Shown piece by piece: positions 29,049 through 38,019 of a stretch of 64,000 nucleotides of DNA. Location of the stretch: positions 1-64,000 of the IMG/VR virus record IMGVR_UViG_3300025009_000077, one strand, 5' to 3'. Made by a program: the position numbers and the translations under genes. The notes under the pieces were generated by a model. It ran no database searches and was not told where the DNA came from. It saw only the letters and a program-made list of their open reading frames with translations. The stretch is from an uncultured virus (IMG/VR IMGVR_UViG_3300025009_000077). Lineage: Duplodnaviria; Heunggongvirae; Uroviricota; Caudoviricetes. Within the stretch, counting starts at the first letter, position 1, and each line of letters opens with the position of its first letter.

Positions 29049-29073
29049 TATTTTAATTAATTTATGATATAAT
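29045..29073 (+). promoter_or_regulatory. sigma70-type promoter
   Basis: TTGATA-N17-TATAAT with TG. Confidence 0.65.
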
Positions 29074-29102
29074 ATTAGTAATAAGTTGTCGGGGAAAATT
29101 AA

Positions 29103-29747
29103 ATGGCTAGATTAACGCTAGAACAAATATGGATAAAGGCTACACAAATACCCAATGCTAAAGGGCAACCAGCGGTTTGGAGAAGAAATTATTCTCAATC
29201 TCCTAAGAGACAAATAAACCAGATAGTTCCTTTTTTAGGAACTAAGACGGTTCTTATATCCGCTTCTTTCTGGGGATTGACTGAAAACTCAGTTCACTTA
29301 TCCAATATATTATTTATGAATTGTGAAATAATAGAAGAGGTAGCGGAAACAGTACAGGCAGAAGAAGAAACTCAAGAACCTACTATAATAGATTCAGAGA
29401 AACCTCAGATACCTGTAAGAAAACCTATAGTTAATACTAATGTTAATCCTACCTATGACCCCAATACACATTTTAGGATACAGTATCAAAATAAGTTTTA
29501 TTGGATAAAGAAGTTTGATATGAAAAGACAATCTGTATTGGTGCGTTGCTCCTGTAGCGATTATTACTTCACATGGTCTTGGTCTAATATGCTTGCTGGT
29601 ATTCAATTTGGAGGAAGATTTAAACCTTATGTCAGGAAAACAAAAACTCATGCCCCCAGAAATCCAGATGTTAGAAAATATCAAGGTCTTTGTAAGCACC
29701 TAGCTCAGTTTGCAGCCATGTTACAGAATAATGGATTATCTTTATAG
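29103..29747 (+). CDS. SWIM Zn-finger protein
   Basis: VRCSCSDY...LCKHL. Confidence 0.7.
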   Translation: MARLTLEQIWIKATQIPNAKGQPAVWRRNYSQSPKRQINQIVPFLGTKTVLISASFWGLTENSVHLSNILFMNCEIIEEVAETVQAEEETQEPTIIDSEKPQIPVRKPIVNTNVNPTYDPNTHFRIQYQNKFYWIKKFDMKRQSVLVRCSCSDYYFTWSWSNMLAGIQFGGRFKPYVRKTKTHAPRNPDVRKYQGLCKHLAQFAAMLQNNGLSL

Positions 29748-29773
29748 TATATAAAGTTTAAGGGGAGGATAAC

Positions 29774-29983
29774 ATGTCAGAAGATACGAGAGCTTTCTGT
29801 CCCAGTTGCGGTGAGATAGATATAAAAGAGGACACCTGTGGTTCCTGCGGTTTTAGTTTGGGAACTATATTAACTTGTCCTCAAAAACAAGTTAATGGAA
29901 CTTGTAGTAAAACTAAAATTACCTGTGGTGTTGAAGATATGTCTTGGGAGGTTTGTCCCACGTTTAGGGGGGAAGAAGAATAA
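29774..29983 (+). CDS. small Cys-rich Zn-ribbon protein
   Basis: CPSC, CGSC; GGAGG RBS. Confidence 0.65.
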   Translation: MSEDTRAFCPSCGEIDIKEDTCGSCGFSLGTILTCPQKQVNGTCSKTKITCGVEDMSWEVCPTFRGEEE

Positions 29984-30012
29984 ATCAATAATAAGTATTG
30001 TAACAAACTTAT

Positions 30013-30051
30013 AGAAGAAGACTTGAAATATAGTCTTCTTTTTGTTATTAT
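30013..30051 (+). terminator. terminator hairpin overlapping a sigma70-type promoter
   Basis: AAGAAGACT/AGTCTTCTT stem plus T tract; TTGAAA(30023)-N17-TATTAT. Confidence 0.55.
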
Positions 30052-30077
30052 AAAATTATATTGTTAAAGGAGATACT

Positions 30078-30287
30078 ATGAGAATATTGAAAGACGGGTC
30101 AATAAGTTTAAATAAAAAAGATAAAGTTAAATTGTTAAAACAACTTTCTTATAAAGTTCAGATAAAACAGTTACCTTTTTCTATTTTAGTAGATGTGATG
30201 AATTTGACTAAGGATGGAAATAAGATAGGAAAAGAATATTCTTGTTATGGCACTATATTACAAGTATGGAACGAATTAGGAGTTTAA
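30078..30287 (+). CDS. hypothetical protein
   Basis: AAGGAG RBS. Confidence 0.6.
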   Translation: MRILKDGSISLNKKDKVKLLKQLSYKVQIKQLPFSILVDVMNLTKDGNKIGKEYSCYGTILQVWNELGV

Positions 30288-30289
30288 CC

Positions 30290-30460
30290 ATGAATACTTA
30301 TTCTATCTTAGAATGTCATTCTTGTGGAAATATTAAACTAGTATCTAATACTTTGGAACTAGGAAGTAAGGAAACTTCTTGTGATTGTGATAAAGAGTCT
30401 ATTATATTATATGGATTAATAAACGATAAAAAGTTTGAGTTTAGAAAAACAAGGTTGTAA
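30290..30460 (+). CDS. small Zn-ribbon protein
   Basis: CHSC, CDC; ATG 30290 after AGGAG. Confidence 0.55.
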   Translation: MNTYSILECHSCGNIKLVSNTLELGSKETSCDCDKESIILYGLINDKKFEFRKTRL

Positions 30461-30462
30461 TA

Positions 30463-30478
30463 TTTATATTATATTTAG
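30463..30478 (+). promoter_or_regulatory. late promoter motif
   Basis: TTTATATTATATTTAG. Confidence 0.75.
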
Positions 30479-30502
30479 GAAAACTAAATTCGGAGATTAA
30501 AA

Positions 30503-31648
30503 ATGCTAACCTCAGAGCAAAGAACTATTTTTTCAGATGTGGAAAAAGTACTAAGAGGAAAGTCTGGAAAGAATTTAAGTATTGGTATTATTACTGCTGA
30601 AAATAGTATGGGTAAAAGATTACCCGACTCTGTTAATAATAAAAGAAATTATACTCTTTTAAAGAAATTTAAAACTCATCCCAATACGAGGGTATTTCCC
30701 CTTCAAGGAAATTTTGAAGGAGTTTTGGAAAATTCTTATTTAGTTACTGGATTATCTTTAGATGAATTAGAAGAGTTAGCTAAGGAATTCGGACAACTTT
30801 CTTTTATATATGGAAATGGTGTTGATGACAATATGATATTTCATTATATGGAAGTAGACGATGATGGAAATTATAACAGTACTCAAGTAAGAAGAACTTT
30901 TGTTTTTAGAGACAAAGCAGAAGAAAATTATTCTTCTTATAAGGGAGTGAAGTTTGTAATACCTTTTTTTGACGATGAATATGTAAATAAAAAATGGAAT
31001 CAATTATCTACGGAAGATAAAGGGGGAGAAGAAGAATCTCCTAAAGATAAAATGGATAGAATTGATAATAAAGATAATGGGGAAAATAAGATGGAGAGTA
31101 AAAATTTCGGACGAATTAATCAATTGATTGATTCTCTAAAACTCGACGAAAAAGCCAAAGTCAAGATTAAAGTTAAACATAGTGATTTATTAGAGATACC
31201 AGAGGATAAAAACTTCTGGCAAGTTCCTTTTAAACATTATGTTGACTTAGTAGATAAAAAAGGGTATGCCAAGGTAATAAGAGCTTTAAACAATATTAAA
31301 GTTTGGCATAAATCGGAAGACCCAGAGATTGGTAATAAAGCTGATGCTCTCATGGATAAACTTAAAGTTAAATTCCGTCCAGAAAAAAGTGAAGGCTTTA
31401 TGGATAATATAAAAAATAACATTCCTAAACTCCATGCGATAGATGTTCAGGGTGGAACTGGAGGTGCTGTCGGAGCAGGAACTCCAGAACAGATAGAGAA
31501 AGCTAAATTTATAGCTAAGGTTAAAGCTATGCAAGCTCAAAAAGAAGGAAGACGTATGGGTGTTGGCTCAGTGTCTAAAGCAGATTTAGATAACTATGAC
31601 CACTATGTACAACTACACAAAGAATTATCTGGAGACGAGGAAGAATAA
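30503..31648 (+). CDS. multi-domain late protein with N-terminal DUF3293/SAM-lyase-like domain
   Basis: GIITAEN..G......N..RN..L, G.F.G..ENS, LA.EFGQ.S pattern; internal leader at 31091. Confidence 0.5.
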   Translation: MLTSEQRTIFSDVEKVLRGKSGKNLSIGIITAENSMGKRLPDSVNNKRNYTLLKKFKTHPNTRVFPLQGNFEGVLENSYLVTGLSLDELEELAKEFGQLSFIYGNGVDDNMIFHYMEVDDDGNYNSTQVRRTFVFRDKAEENYSSYKGVKFVIPFFDDEYVNKKWNQLSTEDKGGEEESPKDKMDRIDNKDNGENKMESKNFGRINQLIDSLKLDEKAKVKIKVKHSDLLEIPEDKNFWQVPFKHYVDLVDKKGYAKVIRALNNIKVWHKSEDPEIGNKADALMDKLKVKFRPEKSEGFMDNIKNNIPKLHAIDVQGGTGGAVGAGTPEQIEKAKFIAKVKAMQAQKEGRRMGVGSVSKADLDNYDHYVQLHKELSGDEEE

Positions 31649-31881
31649 TGACTGGGTATTGCCACGAGTGTAAATTTTATAAAGAGAATGAATCTTCCAG
31701 ACTGATGGGTGAATGTACTAGCGAAGATGTCAATGAACATAATGAACTAAACATAGATGGTGCTGGAGTGTATGTAGAAGAAGGAAACCACATGGTTGGT
31801 ATGAACTTTGGATGTATCCATTTTGAACAGTCAGAAGAAGACAGTTACGATGATTACGATAACGAAGAAGATGGATGGTAA
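31648..31881 (+). CDS. small Cys-containing acidic protein
   Basis: CHECKFY...GEC...FGCIHF. Confidence 0.6.
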   Translation: MTGYCHECKFYKENESSRLMGECTSEDVNEHNELNIDGAGVYVEEGNHMVGMNFGCIHFEQSEEDSYDDYDNEEDGW

Positions 31882-31886
31882 TAAAA

Positions 31887-32465
31887 ATGTCTTTCAAGAG
31901 AATAAAAAAAGTAATAAACGAAAACTATGATATATATGAAGATACTCTACAAAGTACTCTTGACGATATACACAATTCTCTCGAGACCTTAGACAGCATA
32001 ATAAAAGACGAAGGAATGTCCTACGGAGCATCCGACGATGTAGTAGAAAGAGCTAAACAGGTAAAAGAACATTTAATACAAGCTATAAATGTAGGAAGAG
32101 CAAAAATACAAGAGGACGGAACGGTAGCTGACTTAGGAGCACTTCCTAAACTTCCTTTGAGCGTAGTAGATGCCAGAGGTCAGAATTATAACTTATCGGG
32201 TGCTGGTGCCTCTAAGAAAATGAAATCGACTAAAAAGAAAAAGAAACATGAAGGGGTAGGAGACTTTGGAGGAGGAAATCATAAAACAGGTTATACTGGA
32301 ACTATAGAACGGATAGAGAACAACATAAAAAATAGATGGAAGGATTTGAGCAAAGAAGAGGTATGGAAAGAGATACAGAAATACCACCACGCTACAGAGT
32401 CTGATAAAAGAGAAGTTCTCTTCTATTTTAGTAAACATTTAGATAATCTCATAAACGAAAGATAA
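31887..32465 (+). CDS. candidate internal head protein
   Basis: Leader MSFKRIKKVINE. Confidence 0.6.
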   Translation: MSFKRIKKVINENYDIYEDTLQSTLDDIHNSLETLDSIIKDEGMSYGASDDVVERAKQVKEHLIQAINVGRAKIQEDGTVADLGALPKLPLSVVDARGQNYNLSGAGASKKMKSTKKKKKHEGVGDFGGGNHKTGYTGTIERIENNIKNRWKDLSKEEVWKEIQKYHHATESDKREVLFYFSKHLDNLINER

Positions 32466-32466
32466 T

Positions 32467-32532
32467 TTTATATTATAATTACTAAGGGACAACCGAGAGG
32501 TCTGTCCCATTTTTGTTTTATATTATATTTAG
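32467..32532 (+). promoter_or_regulatory. late motif - hairpin terminator - late motif
   Basis: Motifs at 32467 and 32517 flank GGGACA-ACC-GAGA-GGT-C-TGTCCC-ATTTTT. Confidence 0.7.
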
Positions 32533-32549
32533 ATTGAGAGGATTATTAG

Positions 32550-33011
32550 ATGTCGTCAATTCTTACAGATTTATTGCAGATTTTTACGGATTTAACACCA
32601 GATATTTTAGACATATACGAAGATTTGTTTGGACTCCCTTGTAGTGTATACTTACCAGATAAGTTGGATGATATGTTTGATGATTTTGGAAAAGTAAGAT
32701 ATAAGGCTATTCCAGATGAAACGAATAGAAAAATCCTTATAGTTAATTTTATAAAACCAGATGCTATGAGAGGAAATTTAACTCAGTTTGAAAGCTTCTT
32801 TGGAGACGAAAGACCTTACATAATAACTCATGAACAGAAAAGGATACCCCCAAGAGCTAGGATAGATGCTTTCTTAGGAGGGGCTAAGATGTCTTTCCAA
32901 ACAGAAATAGATAAAGTGGTTACTGGTGCCTTAGCTACAGATGCTAATGGAGTTGTTACTGGAGACCACAGCACTATTATGATTAAACAATACTTACGTC
33001 CACTTACTTAA
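32550..33011 (+). CDS. putative head-tail connector (gp14-like)
   Basis: FGLPCSVYLP pattern; synteny before terminator and sheath. Confidence 0.45.
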   Translation: MSSILTDLLQIFTDLTPDILDIYEDLFGLPCSVYLPDKLDDMFDDFGKVRYKAIPDETNRKILIVNFIKPDAMRGNLTQFESFFGDERPYIITHEQKRIPPRARIDAFLGGAKMSFQTEIDKVVTGALATDANGVVTGDHSTIMIKQYLRPLT

Positions 33012-33021
33012 AGGAAAGAAT

Positions 33022-33954
33022 ATGTTTTATCAGTTTGCAGTACAAAGATTCTTTATAGATATGAAAGTTAATTCTGGCTTTAATTTTTTAGAGTTTCCAG
33101 ATATAGGGAACAAGCATTATTTTTATAATATTAATTTTAGCTTTGAAGACAAGGTATACAAAAGATTATCTCAATTTGTTTATGAGGATAGGGGGGAACC
33201 TTTTATTTTTGCTATGTATAATAGAGGAGTTTTAAATGCTGTTCCCACACAACCAAGACAATTTAAAGCATCTCATAGAAACGTAGGAGCATTATCGGCA
33301 GATTTATATACTGTTAAGAATGTGCAAGCTCAAACTAATATTTGTTGGGTATCTAACGACCCTACCTATTTAATGGAGTTTGAAGAATATTTTTTAATGG
33401 CTTACGACAGAACCAAACATTATCAGACTACTTATCAAGTTCCAACAGATTATTTGGATTTGGATACTGTAATTGGAGTAGACCAAGGACTTAAAAAATT
33501 TACTTTGAATGCAGAATTTACTTTAGAACCTCTAAACTCTCTGTTACTTATAAACTCTACTGGTAATAACGGTTCTTATACCGTAGTAAGTTCAATCATA
33601 GTAGCGGGAACCACAGAAATAATAGTTCAAGAATCTATAAATTCTGCTATAGCTGATGGAATCATGATTAAACAAAATACGATAATGGAAGTTCCAGCTA
33701 CAATATTTTTAAAAGATATTGAATCTAACCAATTTGAAAACTATAACGACCAATCAAGAGGGGAAATATGCTTTTTAGTTAATTCGTTTAATTTAGAGTA
33801 TCCCGTCATAAAAAAAGAAAATGCTTCAGGGGGTCCTTCTGGAATTGCAAGTTCTAAGCTAATAAAACATATATCTTTAAAGATAAAAAATGTTCCAGAT
33901 ATGGGAAATTTAATTATGAACCAACCATACGAGGAAATAAATATAGATGGTTGA
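33022..33954 (+). CDS. putative tail terminator/completion protein with inserted domain
   Basis: Synteny; insertion homologous to sheath repeats (NSTGNNGSYTVVS). Confidence 0.5.
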   Translation: MFYQFAVQRFFIDMKVNSGFNFLEFPDIGNKHYFYNINFSFEDKVYKRLSQFVYEDRGEPFIFAMYNRGVLNAVPTQPRQFKASHRNVGALSADLYTVKNVQAQTNICWVSNDPTYLMEFEEYFLMAYDRTKHYQTTYQVPTDYLDLDTVIGVDQGLKKFTLNAEFTLEPLNSLLLINSTGNNGSYTVVSSIIVAGTTEIIVQESINSAIADGIMIKQNTIMEVPATIFLKDIESNQFENYNDQSRGEICFLVNSFNLEYPVIKKENASGGPSGIASSKLIKHISLKIKNVPDMGNLIMNQPYEEINIDG

Positions 33955-33957
33955 TAG

Positions 33958-33973
33958 TTTATATTATAAATAG
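33958..33973 (+). promoter_or_regulatory. late promoter motif
   Basis: TTTATATTATAAATAG. Confidence 0.75.
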
Positions 33974-34004
33974 GATTGAAGTATTAATTAGGAGTTATAA
34001 TAAA

Positions 34005-34166
34005 ATGTTTGAAGCAAAAATCGTTTCCAGAGCAGATTACCCTATAAATATAGTTCTTAAAGGAGAATCTAAAGTAGTATCTCCTAGGGAAAGTTTCTTT
34101 GTTGAGAAAATCTCCGATATAGAAGGAGCACTTAATCCTCTGTTAAAAATACAAAAATTAATATAA
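34005..34166 (+). CDS. small late protein
   Basis: ATG 34005 after AGGAG. Confidence 0.6.
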   Translation: MFEAKIVSRADYPINIVLKGESKVVSPRESFFVEKISDIEGALNPLLKIQKLI

Positions 34167-34187
34167 TTTGATACGGGAGAATTAATA

Positions 34188-36245
34188 ATGACAGCACCTC
34201 GCATAAATGTAAAAGAGATTGATATCTCTACAAGAGTTCCAAGTTCCTTAGGAACTTATGCAGCTATAGCTATCCCAGCACCAAAAGGTGATATTAATAA
34301 GCCTATATTTGTAACTTCGGATACAGACTTATTAAACTATTTTACTCCTAATCAAAGAGTAGAAGTGGGATATAATATGGCTTTTTATTCTGCCTTAGCC
34401 TATTTATCAAAAGCTAATAGATTATGGGTTGTAAGAGCCGATAATGGTTCCACATACGGTGGTTTAGTTGTGAGAAAAACTCCTATATTAGTTAATACTC
34501 TAATAGGAGCTATCACAGCAGTAGACCAACCTAACAAAAAATTCACATTAACTGGAGATTTAACAGCTTCCTTTACAGGAGTTACTTCTATAAATGTTCA
34601 AGGCTCTACTGGAAATGACGGAGTTTATACAGTAGTAAGTGCTACTTTAGTAGCAGGAGATACAGAAGTTGTAGTATCCGAAGTTGTTCCCGATGCTACA
34701 GCAGACGGTAGCATATACAAAGAGGTATCTACTATTAATACCAACATCCAATTAACTGATGTTGAGATAGGAGCTATTACAGCAGTAGACCAACCTAACA
34801 AAAAATTCACAATGGCTACAGATTTAACATCTTTTTGTCATGTTGGAGATAAAATAGGAGTTCAAGGCTCTACGGGAAATGATGGAGTTTATACAGTAGT
34901 AAGTGCTACTTTAGTAGCAGGAGATACAGAAGTTGTAGTATCCGAAACATTAGCTAGTAACGTAGTAGACGGTACCATTTTTAGAAACAGTTTAGTAAAT
35001 CCACAAACTTATGAATTTCAATCAGATGACTTATTCCTTATAACAGGAGCTAATCAAGGTTCTTGGGCTAATGATATTGAGATAAAATTATTTACTTATG
35101 CTAATAGTCCAGACGTTGTAAAAGAACCAGATGCGTTTCAGATTCAAGTGTATAAACAATCTACTGGAGAAACTTTAGAGGTATTTACATGTTCGAGAGA
35201 TGTAAATGCTAAAGATGGATATGGTAAAAACATCTACATAGAAGATGTTCTATTAGGTTCTAGTTATATTAGGGCAATAGATAATACTTCTCTTGTCAGT
35301 ACTGAGACTATAAAAGAACAAACTACCTTCTTGACATTAACTGGAGCATTAGACGGATTATCAGTAACTGATACTAATATGATTAGTGCTCTTAATACAT
35401 TGAATAACAAAGCAGAGATACCTTTAACAGTAATAATGGACGGAGGATGGGCTACCGTAGCATATCAACAAGCTATAGATAGTTTGTGCCAAAGCAGAAA
35501 AGACTGTGTTGGTATATTGTCTACTCCATATTATACTGAAGATTCAAGTAACTATATGACGGACATAGTTACTTATAGAAAAACCACTCTTAACCTGAAT
35601 TCTTCATACTCTGCTCTATACTCACCCCACGTTAAAATTAGAGACAGGTTTAATGATAGAGATATATTCGTGGCACCTGACGGATACGCAGCAGCAGCTA
35701 TATCAGATACCTCTTCAAATTACGAAATATGGTTCGCTCCAGCAGGTTTCAAAAGAGGTATGATTAATGTACTTGACACCAAAAGAAGATTTACTGAAGG
35801 GGAATTGGATTTACTCTATGATTCAGGAATTAACCCTATTAAATTTTCTGTGGGAAAAGGGATAGCTATCTGGGGTCAAAAAACATTATCTGCTAGACCT
35901 TCAGCACTAGATAGATTGAACGTGAGATTACTTTTAATAACCATAGAACCAGCTTTAGCAGCTTTCTTAGAAGATTATCTGTTTGAATTTAATGACGACT
36001 TCACAAGATTATTAATAAGAACAGGTATGGAATCTTATATGGATAACATAAAATCCAGAAAAGGTGTCTATGATTATAAAGTTGTTTGTGATGAAACAAA
36101 CAATACTCCAGCCGATATAGACAATAACATAATGAACGTCTGGTTATTTGTGCAACCAACTAAAACAGCAGAATTTATTACACTGTCAGTGGTTATCACA
36201 AGAACTGGATTTGACTTAAATTTAGCTCAGAACTTACTAGGATAA
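34188..36245 (+). CDS. tail sheath protein (gp18-like)
   Basis: P.INVKEID, WFAPAG..RG, INPI, WGQKT, LNVRLL, VVCDETNNTP, PTKTAEFI. Confidence 0.95.
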   Translation: MTAPRINVKEIDISTRVPSSLGTYAAIAIPAPKGDINKPIFVTSDTDLLNYFTPNQRVEVGYNMAFYSALAYLSKANRLWVVRADNGSTYGGLVVRKTPILVNTLIGAITAVDQPNKKFTLTGDLTASFTGVTSINVQGSTGNDGVYTVVSATLVAGDTEVVVSEVVPDATADGSIYKEVSTINTNIQLTDVEIGAITAVDQPNKKFTMATDLTSFCHVGDKIGVQGSTGNDGVYTVVSATLVAGDTEVVVSETLASNVVDGTIFRNSLVNPQTYEFQSDDLFLITGANQGSWANDIEIKLFTYANSPDVVKEPDAFQIQVYKQSTGETLEVFTCSRDVNAKDGYGKNIYIEDVLLGSSYIRAIDNTSLVSTETIKEQTTFLTLTGALDGLSVTDTNMISALNTLNNKAEIPLTVIMDGGWATVAYQQAIDSLCQSRKDCVGILSTPYYTEDSSNYMTDIVTYRKTTLNLNSSYSALYSPHVKIRDRFNDRDIFVAPDGYAAAAISDTSSNYEIWFAPAGFKRGMINVLDTKRRFTEGELDLLYDSGINPIKFSVGKGIAIWGQKTLSARPSALDRLNVRLLLITIEPALAAFLEDYLFEFNDDFTRLLIRTGMESYMDNIKSRKGVYDYKVVCDETNNTPADIDNNIMNVWLFVQPTKTAEFITLSVVITRTGFDLNLAQNLLG
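34503..34980 (+). repeat. duplicated domain in the sheath gene, copies 264 nt apart with long identical DNA runs
   Basis: IGAITAVDQPNKKFT...QGSTGNDGVYTVVSATLVAGDTEVVVSE at 34503 and 34767. Confidence 0.9.
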
Positions 36246-36265
36246 TATAGATAGGAGTCTTTTAG

Positions 36266-36802
36266 ATGACTAGACCAGACATAATTCAAATCATCAACAA
36301 TCAGGATTTTGCTGTTCTGTATAGATGGGAAGTTATTATACCTACCCTTCCATCGGCTATAGCTAATGCTGGAAATTACAACAGCGATTCTTTGAACGCT
36401 CGTGCTCTTTCTTCAGAATACCCTAAATTTTCTAATGAAGAAATAGAGGTTGGTATTCATGGACACAAAGTATACCAAGCAGGATTAAGGACGTATGACC
36501 CCATCACTTTAACATTTGTTGAAAGTGATAATGGTATCATTGAAAGATTTATCAGAGACTGGGGAGAGTTACTTTGGAAACCAGGGGCAGGTACCCAAAA
36601 AAGAAAACCTGAGTATATTTGTCCTACTATAGTATTAAGACCTCTAGCCAGTGAAAATGCTAAGATATTTGAGTATACTCTTAAAAATTGCTGGATGCAG
36701 TCTCATACCATAGGAAGCCCTGCGGGAGATTCTAATGCTACAATAAACCCAGAAATAACTTTGAGATTCGATTATTTCTTGGCAGATGGACAAAAGGTAT
36801 AA
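36266..36802 (+). CDS. tail tube protein (gp19-like)
   Basis: Follows sheath; AG.RTYDPITLTF, Y.LKNCW, ITLRFDY. Confidence 0.85.
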   Translation: MTRPDIIQIINNQDFAVLYRWEVIIPTLPSAIANAGNYNSDSLNARALSSEYPKFSNEEIEVGIHGHKVYQAGLRTYDPITLTFVESDNGIIERFIRDWGELLWKPGAGTQKRKPEYICPTIVLRPLASENAKIFEYTLKNCWMQSHTIGSPAGDSNATINPEITLRFDYFLADGQKV

Positions 36803-36829
36803 TACGTTACAAAAGTTCATAATACGCTT

Positions 36830-36866
36830 AAAGAGGGTTGACAACAACCCTCTTTTATATTATACT
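36830..36866 (+). terminator. terminator overlapping a sigma70-type promoter and a late core motif
   Basis: AAAGAGGGTTG/CAACCCTCTTT; TTGACA(36838)-N17-TATACT; TTTATATTATA at 36854. Confidence 0.7.
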
Positions 36867-36898
36867 AATTATATAAGGTTAAGATAGAGGACTGAATT

Positions 36899-37273
36899 AT
36901 GTTAGATATAGAAAGATACCAAACCAAGGAAGACAATTTTGTTTCTAATATCTTGATAGGTATCCTAGTTATGGGTTCTTTAATAGCTATGATGATTAAT
37001 CCAGTTGTTATTTTAGTAGTAGCTTTCATAGCTTTTGTAGTTTGGGTTATGTTTAATACTCCTCCAGCAATTTCTTGTTCCAAGGAAACGAAAGAAGAAA
37101 CTGTTAGCAATAATATTTATGGGAGTAACTATTATCAATATAGAATAGACTGTACTATTAAAGGTTTTGCTCAATCTAAGAAATTTGTTTACGCTACTTG
37201 TGTTAATGAAGCGAGTGCTTTAGCTAAAAGCGACCCATCAATAGAACGTATCTTAGCTATCTACCGAGTTTAA
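36899..37273 (+). CDS. membrane protein with two TM segments
   Basis: Long hydrophobic hairpin; GAGG RBS. Confidence 0.65.
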   Translation: MLDIERYQTKEDNFVSNILIGILVMGSLIAMMINPVVILVVAFIAFVVWVMFNTPPAISCSKETKEETVSNNIYGSNYYQYRIDCTIKGFAQSKKFVYATCVNEASALAKSDPSIERILAIYRV

Positions 37274-37284
37274 ATTTAAAAATA

Positions 37285-37325
37285 CTACCTCAAGATAATT
37301 TATATTATAAATAGGAATGAGGTAG
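37285..37325 (+). promoter_or_regulatory. late motif inside an RBS-sequestering inverted repeat
   Basis: CTACCTCA(37285)...TTTATATTATAAATAG(37299)...TGAGGTAG(37318). Confidence 0.65.
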
Positions 37326-37334
37326 GATTTAATT

Positions 37335-38003
37335 ATGGTTGATAAATACACTCCTAAATTATTAACTGGAGCGATATCTCAGACAGCGGATTCTGTAGCT
37401 AAAGAAGGAATTCAAAATGCTAAGGATAGCTTAGGTAAGATATCCTCTCTAGGAGCATTGTCAGATAAGGTAGGCGATATTCAAAGACTTCTTTCTTCTG
37501 GAGTTGTTAATAATTCTTCGAGGGACGATTTATCCACCGTTTTCGATATTACTTGGGGAGCTAAATATCTATTCATGGTAAGACTTCAGGGGGGTATAAA
37601 TAGTCCTTTGGATAATTACATCATTCCCGCTAGTACCGTTACAGAAAACTTACCAGAGATAGTTACCCAAGATATAGCATTACCAAACTATAATAATTTC
37701 AGGATACCTTCTCAAAAAGGTATACCAGAAATAAGTATGACAATATATGATACAGAAGAATGTATAATAGAAAAATCATTACGTGCTTGGTTTTTAGAGG
37801 TGCATGATGGAGTTACTTGTAACTATTTAGAAGATTCCTATCGAGATTTATCTGTGTATAAATTAAATTTTGAGAGAAATATCGTATTAGAAACTAAATA
37901 TAAAGTAATTCCTAGGGGGGATGTTAAAGTAGAAATGTCCTCTCGGGATTCCTCTGCTAGAGAATTAACAGTTAATTTTTTAGTAATTGATTATTTAGGA
38001 TAA
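37335..38003 (+). CDS. tube-like baseplate-tail junction protein (gp54-like)
   Basis: ISMTIYD...LRAW...LTVNF tube-fold pattern; synteny. Confidence 0.5.
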   Translation: MVDKYTPKLLTGAISQTADSVAKEGIQNAKDSLGKISSLGALSDKVGDIQRLLSSGVVNNSSRDDLSTVFDITWGAKYLFMVRLQGGINSPLDNYIIPASTVTENLPEIVTQDIALPNYNNFRIPSQKGIPEISMTIYDTEECIIEKSLRAWFLEVHDGVTCNYLEDSYRDLSVYKLNFERNIVLETKYKVIPRGDVKVEMSSRDSSARELTVNFLVIDYLG

Positions 38004-38019
38004 CAGGAGAGGTTGTTGG

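Noticed and set aside
34503..34980. Sheath and fiber DNA repeats as diversity-generating retroelement TR/VR pairs
   Set aside because: Both copies are coding, differences are not adenine-specific, and there is no reverse transcriptase in the window
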